The notes beneath the pieces are model-generated. The model made no database searches. It was not told the origin of the DNA and worked only from the letters and a program-made list of their open reading frames with translations. Shown in pieces: positions 54,235 through 64,000 of a stretch of DNA of 64,000 nucleotides; position 1 is the stretch's first letter, and each line of letters begins with the position of its first letter. Position numbers and translations under genes: made by a program. The stretch covers positions 68,138,001 through 68,202,000 of the forward strand of contig OX597820.1 of the NCBI GenBank assembly GCA_951406725.2. Direction: 5' to 3'. The DNA is from Octopus vulgaris (lineage: Eukaryota).

Positions 54235-55656
54235 ATTTATATCAATTTTTTATTGTGTCGAAGTGTCGCAATATTGCTCAGCAGACATATCTGCAGTCTC
54301 AAACGAGTCTCTGACTATGCTTGGACATGGCAAAGATTGTAGAAAGGATTGGATATGAAAGTTAAAACAGCAATAATTGTAGCGGGGGTGATAAATAGGA
54401 TAGAACTCGAGCCTTGTTTGCTATTCTGATCCACATTTCAATGAATCTATTGAAAACGAAGCATCAGTCTCTCCAATCTTATTAATTGTCTATTTGAGTT
54501 TGTCTAGAAAAGAAAATGTCTGTCTTTGGCCTTTCAGTCGTCTCTGCTAAATAAACGCTTTCGCCATAGCTCCTTGACAGACGAAAACTAAATATCCGGT
54601 CCAAAATGAAGGTAGCATAGGAAACTCAATCGACAGTCACACAACTCATGACAACAGTTGTTCGACACAATATACAATTCAAAATGATCAGACTCACTCC
54701 ATGTTTGTAGAGTCCGTCTTGCACTGGCAAGGTGACGGATTTCTGGAAGCTATTAAAATCTCCTAGCTAAATGTCCTCTAGACGAGACAAGTTGCTTGTT
54801 TCATGTCGATGCTAAGACTTTCACCCAGAATGTTCAACCACTTGTCTACCACTGATTCTCTATAGAGTGCTTCCAGTTACAAGGCGCACTATATTGGTCT
54901 TCTTTCTACAAAAGACTACAGCTTTGACGAGAATACGAGCTGTAGGGGAAAGTGGAGGACAAAGGGTCGCCACGCCTGCTAACCGTCTAGGAATCCTGCG
55001 GAAGCGGCAGTCTCGGCACATGTCTTTGTACGTGTCTTTGTATCAGTATATTGAGCCATCAATCTAGAGGTTAATGGCAGCAGATGGACCGTCTGAGGTT
55101 CCCTCCAAAAGAAGCAGCATCAATCGTTACAATCTAATAAGACATAAACAAGTATAAGTTAAAACAGTTGGGCGACCATATATAGAGGTGGTGATATTTG
55201 TGTTCAGCCCGTCTACACGACCTTATATACGGAATGCCCGGCCCGGAGCCAACCATTGCTATAATCTATTTCTTTTAATCCAATGCGTTACACGATGGTT
55301 ACACGAAGTGTGGGGACTATTTAAAATACGTAGCTGTTGCATGCAAACGAGTATAACTTAGTAGTGTGTACCATGCTTTCGTTAGTTCTTTTAGGAGTTC
55401 ATGCAGTTACGAGCAGTCATAGACATACCATCGGTCCACCCAGAGTAAACTTGAGATACACGTAATTCTAAAATAAACTGTTGCGTATATATTACTGCCA
55501 AATTACTCCTCCTATTTTTAATATTGTAAGCAGTTTGGCAAGTTAGCCTTTAGCGAAACTTTTAATTAACTGTTAATTTTTTTGACAGTGTACTCTGTAG
55601 ATTGTATTGAGTCCTTTGACCAGTTATTGTTTGTTGTTCTTATGTGTTTATAAGTG

Positions 55657-55726
<70 letters not shown>

Positions 55727-56253
55727 CGCGTGCATTGTAGCTGAGAATCTTTATTTTGCAAGGTAATGTCTTGAAGCAAAATCTTATTCATTATTCTACA
55801 GTCCCGCGGGATAATTATATCGCAAAAGAAAAATACAAAATTACCAGAATATTTTAAATATAGATTAATAGGGTGGTGGTGTTTGAAATTCACAAATTAA
55901 CACTAATCATGATAGAAATTGTTCGAAAATGGAGAAAATTGAAACAATTCAGTCTGCCTTAATACAAACTCAGGGGTTAGTGTTCTTCAGGCAGTGTTCT
56001 TAATTTGTTTATTATCTTGAAACGCACAGTCTTTGTTTTCAAAATCTTAACCGAAATTAATTAAAATAAATACTTATTCATTTCACTTAACTTTTTGAAT
56101 TTTAAGATAATTGTCTAAATCTGTTAGCACATAATGTGCTATTATTTACAGCGTTTAATTCTAATTTGTAACGACACAGTAATACCTACAGGCGTGTTTT
56201 ATCTAATATTTCTTTGGTATTATTTATAAGATACACAATCCAATATACGAAAG

Positions 56254-56301
<48 letters not shown>

Positions 56302-56347
56302 ATATATATATATGTATATATATATATACTTATATATACATATATAC

Positions 56348-56382
<35 letters not shown>

Positions 56383-56829
56383 ATATGTATATGTATACAT
56401 ACATACGTATATATATGTAGGTATATGTGTGTGATTGTGTGTATTTATATATCTATGTATTCTTGCGTATATGAATTAGGAATATGTGTTCGTGTGTAGC
56501 ATGTTCCATTTCGTCATTTCATGAGTTTTGTTCATTAAATTAGAAGCCTCACCGAAAGCATAGATCAATTTGGGACATAGAATATTGGCAGGTATAAAAA
56601 AGAAACGTGCAACTTGCTTATATTTTTATTAGATCTAATTGAATATGATCTAAACTAATTTTTAGGAAATATAATTGCAATTAGATGTAACATGAATGCT
56701 CTCTCACGAAAGATTGAGATTGTTTGCCGCTTAGTAAGGAAACCATACAGACAAGACGTACATACATATATACGTACGTACATACATACATTCATCATGC
56801 ACCTTACCCACCGCAAATATATATGCAAG

Positions 56830-57165
56830 TGGAGATGTGGTTCTGTGGTAAGAATTTTGCTTCCCAACCACATGGTTCCGGGTTCAGTCCCCATGCATAA
56901 CATCTTAGGCAAGTGTCTTCTACCATAGCTTTGCAAGTGGATTTGGTAAAAGAAAACTAAAAGAATCCCATCGTGTATATATGTATATGTGTCTGTGTGT
57001 GTATGTTTGTCTCCCACCACCGCTTGATAACCGGTGTTGGTTTGTTTACGTCCCCGTAACGTGGTGATAGTAAGCTTAAAAAATAAGTACCTGGGACAAT
57101 TTGTTCGACTAAACTTTTCAAGATGACTCCAGTATGTCTGAAGTCTAATGACTGACAAGTAACAG
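56830..57165 (+). mobile_element. SINE family C, decayed
   Basis: ctgtggtaagaattttgcttcccaaccacatggttccgggttcagtccc...tttacgtccccgtaac. Confidence 0.8.
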
Positions 57166-57564
57166 CTAAAACGATACAATATATGAATGCATGTATCAGA
57201 GGCGACTCCAGATCATCACCGTTACTCGGGATCATCATAGATTTCGTATAAGACACATGTACAGAACGGAAACTTTTCATAGATTGGAATTTAAATCCTA
57301 ATCTCTGCACAGGAATTTATTGTTTCAAGAAAATATTGAATTCGAATTACTTTTAATTGTTACGATTATAAATAACGAAAATAAATTAACTACAATCAGG
57401 CTCAATAAAAGGAGCCCGAGCTATTGACGACAATTACATACTTTGAAGTCAGTGTTGGAAGAAATTAAATCAGCTTGAAAATACACTTTCACTAAATTTA
57501 AACTGGGGCTAAGCCCGAACAGCGCGAGTGACGGAGTTGTCACTGGTATATCTATGCATGTTAA

Positions 57565-57982
57565 GGCAGCGAGCTGGCAGAAACATTAGCACGCCGGGCG
57601 AAATGCTTTGCGGTATTTCGTCTGTCTTACGTTCTGGGTTCAAATTCCGCCGAGGTCGACTTTGCCTTTCATCCTTTCGGGGTCGATAAATTAAGTACCA
57701 GTTACGCACTGGGGTCGATGTAATCGACTTAATACCTATGTCTGTCCTTTTTTGTACTCTCTGTGTTTAGCCCCTTGTGGGTAATAAAGAAATAGGTATT
57801 TCGTGTGTCTTTACGTTCTGGGTTCAAATTCCGCCGAGGTCGACTTTGCCTTTCATCCTTTCGGGGTTGATTAAATAAGTACCATTTACGCACTGGGGTT
57901 GATGTAATCGACTTAATCCGTTTGTCTGTCCTTGTTTGTCCTCTCTGTGGGTAGCCCCTTGTGGGTAGTAAAGAAATAGGTA
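57565..57982 (+). mobile_element. SINE family A with two internal tandem units
   Basis: Closely matches 980-1390. Confidence 0.88.
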
Positions 57983-58261
57983 TATATGTATGTTTATGGG
58001 CGTTTTGATATACATGTATGCATGCATACATACATATACATAGTTATGTGAAACGTCAAAAACGTACTTCCTCTTCCGTTTATCAAATCAAGCTAGATAG
58101 TTGAAAAACATCTAAACAGATTTTATTTCGAAACCTCATTTTATTTAGGTAAAATTGATTCAGGTGTGCTTGGTCTAATTTTTAGGGCCCAAAGAAGTCG
58201 GTTGGACAGCAAATGGAGGTAATTGCCATTCATAGAATTCCCTATATAATAGATGAATATT

Positions 58262-58680
58262 CTTCTCTACTCAAGGAAAAAGGCCCGAAATTTTGGGGGA
58301 GGGTGCTAGTCGATTAGTAGGCAGCTGGTACTTAATTTATCGACCCCGAAAGGATGAAAGGCAAAGTTGACCTCGGCGGAATTTGAACTCCGAACGTAAA
58401 GAGAGACGAAATACTGCTAAGCATTTCACTCGGCGTGCTAACGTATCTTATTTCTTTACTGCCCACAAAGGGCTACACACAGAGGGAACAAGTAAGAACA
58501 GACAAACGGATTAAGTCGATTATATCGACCGCGGTGCATAACTGGTACTTCTTTAATTGACCCCGAAAGGATGAAAGGCGAAGTCGACCTCGAAGGAATT
58601 TGAACTCAGAACGTAAAGAGAGAGGAGATATTGCTAAGCATTTTGCCCGGCGTGCTAACGCTTCTGTCAGCCCGTCGCCT
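58262..58680 (-). mobile_element. SINE family A dimer, inverted relative to 57565-57982
   Basis: gaccccgaaaggatgaaaggc(a/g)aagt(t/c)gacctcg occurs twice. Confidence 0.85.
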
Positions 58681-59434
58681 TAGATATATAATATATGAAT
58701 AATCTTTGTTATATTTAATTCTTTTTTTAACTTTAAAAGGAAAAGATGAAAATAAATATGTTTATACAGAATCGTCTCCCAAAATTGTTCACGAATTTGA
58801 ACAATTTTGACGGACGAATTCGTTTTATATTTAATAAATTTCAAACTCAAAGTTGAGTGTTTATGTTTTTAAATGGTTAGAATCGGTAGATTTACGAACA
58901 CGTTTTTGTTTCCAAATTCCGCTAAAAGAATGCAGGTGTTACTCTCGTAATGAGTATGTAGGAAATGGTTGGCATATTTTATAAAACCCCAAGCTTATCT
59001 GACAGAAAACGGATATGATGATTATAATATCCAATAATAGCTCTTAAGTAATATAAATGACTCCTCCTTTGAGTAACGAATCTTGACAAAATGTTTGCTT
59101 GCTTTGAATTACAATTTCCTTCCCCGATATTACAATTTAAATTTTGTAAAATTACCTGAAAATCAGGAAGTATTTATTTCGAACTTTAATGAATATTCAG
59201 GTTAAGTTTACTCCTGCTCCTGCTGAGAGTGCGTTTGGGAAATATTCATGACATATTAATGTATTATTGAGTTGATGGATTGGGGCTGACCTTAGTTTTA
59301 ATGTTCACTAAGAATATCTAAATACGATTAAAACTATTGGCCAAACTACGCAGAGGGAGATATATTGTCTTCAAAATACTTATTGTCATCACTTCGGCAC
59401 ACAGCATCCCTAGTTAAGCTGACTAATGAATCTT

Positions 59435-59625
59435 TTATTCTTTAATTGTTTCAGTCAATAGACTGAGACCATGCTGGAGCACCGTTTTGAAAGTATCTTT
59501 CGAACAAACTAACACCCTTAGTCATGCATTTTTTGTATATATTCTGTCGATACTTTTTTACTAAACTGCTTAGTTATGGGGACGTTAACAATCCAGCACC
59601 GGTTGTCAAACCACGTGGGGTGTGA
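59435..59625 (-). mobile_element. SINE family C, 3' half, decayed
   Basis: ttgtttcagtcaatagactgagaccatgctggagcaccg...cagcaccggttgtcaa. Confidence 0.65.
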
Positions 59626-59721
59626 CGAATGGACATACACACACGTACGCGCACGCGCACACACACGTACACACACGCGTACACACATACATTTGAATAC
59701 ACTTACACACACACATATACA

Positions 59722-60912
59722 CAGGGTGCGATGGGTAAACTGTCGCAATGATATATTTTTAATTTCGCGCATGCGCATTGTTTGTTTTTTTGATTTTGTC
59801 GACTACACAGTATAGTAGGGTCAGTTTGGCACCTTCTATGAGAAAAAACAGCACAGTGACGCAATTCATTCTGTCAGAAATTTGGAAACGAGATGTTTTA
59901 CTGCTTGGCATTCACGCCGGAAACTCCAATACGAACATTCCAGAGTTAGGGTGTCAATCTGAGGACACGTATCGAGAGTGATAAAAATCAAACATCCAGT
60001 CAACATCGTGATGTTTGAAGTGGTCACTAGTGATGGTGACGTTATGCCTCCATTCGACTTCCAACATGGCCTCAGACTCAACACGGAGGCCTACATCAAG
60101 AGCCTGGAGGAGTTAGTGCTACTCTGGGTCTAGAGGACGGCTGCTGGAAGACCCTATGACTGGAAATAGGAGTTTGCACCATGCCGCACAAGTAGGAGAA
60201 CCCAGTCATGGCTGTCAAATAATTTCTGCGGCCACAAAACCCCTGTCATCTGACAACCTAACTCCCCAGACTGCAACGCTTTTGTTTATTATGTGTGGGG
60301 CGTAGTTGAGCAAAAGACCAACAAAACTCCTTGTAACACCAAAGATGAACTGAAGGCAAGGAATACGGTAGCTTCACAAACTTAAACAAGGAGACCGTCC
60401 AGAAGAGTTGCAGGAGATTCCAAAGTCGTCTGGAGACCGTGGTTGAAGCCAATGGCGATTTTATTGAATAAATTTACTCTTTAATATTTGAAGATATTTT
60501 GGTAAATATATCTGTAAAAATGCGTGGAGGCACATGTCCTAGTGGTTAGTACAGCGGACTCGCAATCTAGGGATCGCAGTTTGGGGATCGCGGGTTCGAG
60601 TCTCAGACCGGGTGATGTGTGTGTTTACGAGCGAAACACCTAAGATCCATGCGGCTCCGGCAGAAGGTAACGGCAAACTTCTGCTGACTCTTTCGCCACA
60701 ACTTTCTCTCACATCTTTCCTCCTGCATCCAACAACTCAATTCTGAAAGACCAGCGTCCCGTTCAGGTGGGGAGCCTATACGCCATTGAAACCGGCCGTT
60801 ATGGTGCCGGGCAAAGCTCGAGAAGGAATAAACAACATAGCTGTTAAAATGAGACCTCAGTGTTATTTTCCTTTTTGCGTAATTTAGATGACACCTTATT
60901 CACTGCACCCTG
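59722..60912 (+). mobile_element. Internally deleted DD37D (maT-type) Tc1/mariner-superfamily transposon with both TIRs and a nested SINE
   Basis: TIRs cagggtgcgatgggtaaactgtc and gacaccttattcactgcaccctg|TA; pseudo-ORF KHPVNIVMFEVVTSDGDVMPPF...W.*EFAPC...*QPNSPDCNAFVYYVWGVVE...RLETVVEANGDFIE*; 37 residues separate the (mutated) second and third catalytic positions. Confidence 0.85.
60523..60836 (+). mobile_element. tRNA-derived SINE nested in the maT element, with a 15-bp target-site duplication
   Basis: Head ggaggcacatgtcctagtggttag...gggttcgagtc; TSD atatctgtaaaaatg (60508-22) and atagctgttaaaatg (60837-51). Confidence 0.8.
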
Positions 60913-61240
60913 TATGTATGTATGTATGTATGTATGTATGTATGTATGTATGTATGTATGTATGTATGTATGTATGTATGTATGTATACATATGTGTGTG
61001 TATATGCACATATATATATATATATGTGTGGGTGTGTGTGTGAGTGTGTGTGTGTGTGTATACATATATAGATACATCTTAATTATGTTCCTTTAGTTTC
61101 TGCTTGCATTTCTTCCGTTCAAAGTAAGAAGTGAAATATAGCTCACTTGCAGCACTACAACTCCAGTACTCCAGTCTATTTTTGCGAGTATTGTTAACAC
61201 AAGCAATCTCAAAATAAAGCTGTGTATTTTATATACATAC

Positions 61241-61292
<52 letters not shown>

Positions 61293-62063
61293 GACGAGCT
61301 TCCAAACAATCTCCGTGTATCAAGTCTACTCACACGGCATTGTGGTGCTATAATATTAAATACTTTCCCACGTTGTCGTACAACAGAGCTGAACCCGAAA
61401 CCACGTGATTGCAAAGTGTGCTTTTCTTTTATGCATTTAAAAAATGGTTGGATTTGATAAGAAGTAACACCTCTGCTATGTCTAGCTCATGAACATTCCT
61501 CGCTGGTTTGCATAAATACCACTGATATAGAAAGTTAACAGTGAATGCAGTATTCTTGAATGTTAAAAGGACAACTTGATATCTCTTATAAAATGTGTGA
61601 CAAAGATTCAATCAAAATAAAGAAAAAAAACAGACAGTAAATAAACAATTATTTTATTCAATATTATGTTGCTATGGTGAAATATCTAAAGTAATAAAGA
61701 CGGATGTGATGCAATTTGAATGTCTAAAGGAATTGTTTCTTTGAAATAACTTCGATAATCAGTGAGAAAAAAGGAAGGAACACAGGCATCCTCCATTATA
61801 ACAATCAAAGAATTGTTTGTCTTATATCTTAGAGCGACTGTGTGATGTATTACCTGGTATAAGAAAGAGAACAGCGTTTCATATAATCATAAACATATTG
61901 AGCTTAAAATGTTGTGATAGGCGCAGGCATGGATGTTTTTGTTACGAAATACGTTTCGGAACCAGTTGATTTCGAGTTCATCCCAAAACGCGGCAACTTA
62001 GACGAATATCTTCTACTATAGGTCCATGCCAACCTATCAAGTAGACAAAAACTGCGGAAATGC

Positions 62064-62463
<400 letters not shown>

Positions 62464-62464
62464 C

Positions 62465-62495
<31 letters not shown>

Positions 62496-62525
62496 AATAT
62501 ATATATATATATGTGTGTGTGTATA

Positions 62526-62925
62526 CTCTCTTTACTCTTTTACTTGTTTCAGTCATTTGACTGCGGCCATGCTGGAGCACCGCCTTTAGTCGAGCAAATC
62601 GACCCCGGAACTTATTCTTTGTAAGCCCAGTACTTATTCTATCGGTCTCTTTTGCCGAACCGCTAAGTGACGGGGACGTAAACACACCAGCATCGGTTGT
62701 CAAGCAATGCTAGGGGGACAAACACACAAACACACACTTACACACATATATATACATATATACCACAGGCTTCTTTCAGTTTCCGTCTACCAAATCCACT
62801 CACAGGGCATTGGTCGACCCGGGGCTATAGCAGAAGACACTTGCCCAAGATGCCACGCAGTGGGACTGAACCTAAAACCATGTGGTTGGTTAGCAAGCTA
62901 CTTACCACACAGCCACTCCTGCGCC
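62526..62925 (-). mobile_element. SINE family C, full length, well preserved
   Basis: Complete reverse complement of the family C structure from tail (tactcttttacttgtttcagtc) to head (cacagccactcctgcgcc). Confidence 0.9.
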
Positions 62926-63148
62926 TATGTATATATATATATATATGTATATGTATTGTTATATTTTTATCTTATATTTGATATTTCTATTATATGTCAT
63001 TTTCTAGATGGTGTAAATTAATTTTTCATTTTGAATTGATAAAAAGAAATTTTTTCTAATTTATATATATATTATATTTTATTAAATTTGATTTAGTATC
63101 TCTAAATTGAATTTTTCTCTGTAAGTTTAGAATAATATTCCCTCAAAA

Positions 63149-63229
<81 letters not shown>
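63149..63229. repeat. (ATT)n microsatellite
   Basis: Direct reading. Confidence 0.95.
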
Positions 63230-63289
63230 GTATATGTGTATATATATATATATATACTTTATTTAAAAGCAGTAGAAATTCAACAAAAG

Positions 63290-63327
63290 CTGTTACTCGG
63301 AATTTCACGTTCCCGTTCGTCGGACAG
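63290..63327 (-). ncRNA. Type I HHR motif (family P5, second copy; element starts at (TA)n ~63255)
   Basis: Minus strand: cugu CCGACGA acg-ggaa-cgu GAAA uuc-c-gag UA acag; flank tactttatttaaa(a)gcag.agaaa(a)ttcaacaaaa shared with 44682. Confidence 0.7.
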
Positions 63328-63801
63328 TTTTGATAAAATAGAACCAAGAAGACAATTTTATCAAGACTAGTATAAACGATACACCTTTAAAAATGGATTT
63401 GTTTGATTGGTCCTTTCAAATAACGGTCATATGCGAGCGATAAACAAAAATACACAAAACAAATAAATGGGTTCGATATGAAATTATAAAAATCGAGGAA
63501 AAACCTTAAATCAAAGGTTTGATTCAAATACATATCGTCATTAATTATATAGAAAATATAATTCGATTAATACAATTAATACATAAAAAATTGAAATTAA
63601 AATATATTAAAATATTTCACAACAGTACATACTCATACTAAACCATCACTATACATGTATGCATACATCAAAATACACAGATAGATTTGCACAGACCACA
63701 TACATATACAGACATAAATGCAAAACGAAAATATACACACAAATACATGTATACGTGTATACGCAATCTTGCTCGCATGCAAAAATCACTTGGTGTATAC
63801 A

Positions 63802-63854
<53 letters not shown>

Positions 63855-64000
63855 ATTATTATTATTATTATTTTTATCAATATTAGGGAATTTATTTCCG
63901 AGTCCACAGGGGAGAGAAATTCAATTTAATGGTACTAAAATGAATTTCTCGCTGTATTATATACATATATATAAATAGGTTTAAGAGACAGAACCACCTT

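Overview
AT-rich eukaryotic non-coding DNA (intronic or intergenic). It is most likely from an octopus (coleoid cephalopod) genome, inferred from the SINE families and the extreme microsatellite load. I found no credible host protein-coding exon; almost all listed ORFs are translations of microsatellites or SINEs. The window contains three abundant SINE families, one 5S-rRNA-headed SINE, decayed LINE fragments (R4/Dong-like, two RTE, CR1), two Tc1/mariner-superfamily remnants (mariner and DD37D/maT) and many simple repeats. The most interesting signal is a set of at least six unrelated short non-coding elements, most sitting in or beside (TA)n-type tracts, each carrying a type I hammerhead ribozyme (HHR) motif with a tiny, usually palindromic stem III, as in Penelope-like elements and retrozymes. 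The youngest (31648-33515) is a near-identical 587-bp unit present about 3.2 times in a head-to-head tandem-plus-inverted array with three complete HHRs, and its inversion junction falls exactly on the predicted GUC self-cleavage site. A second family appears to use a compensatory U3-A8 catalytic core. All coordinates and alignments were read by eye; no database searches were run.
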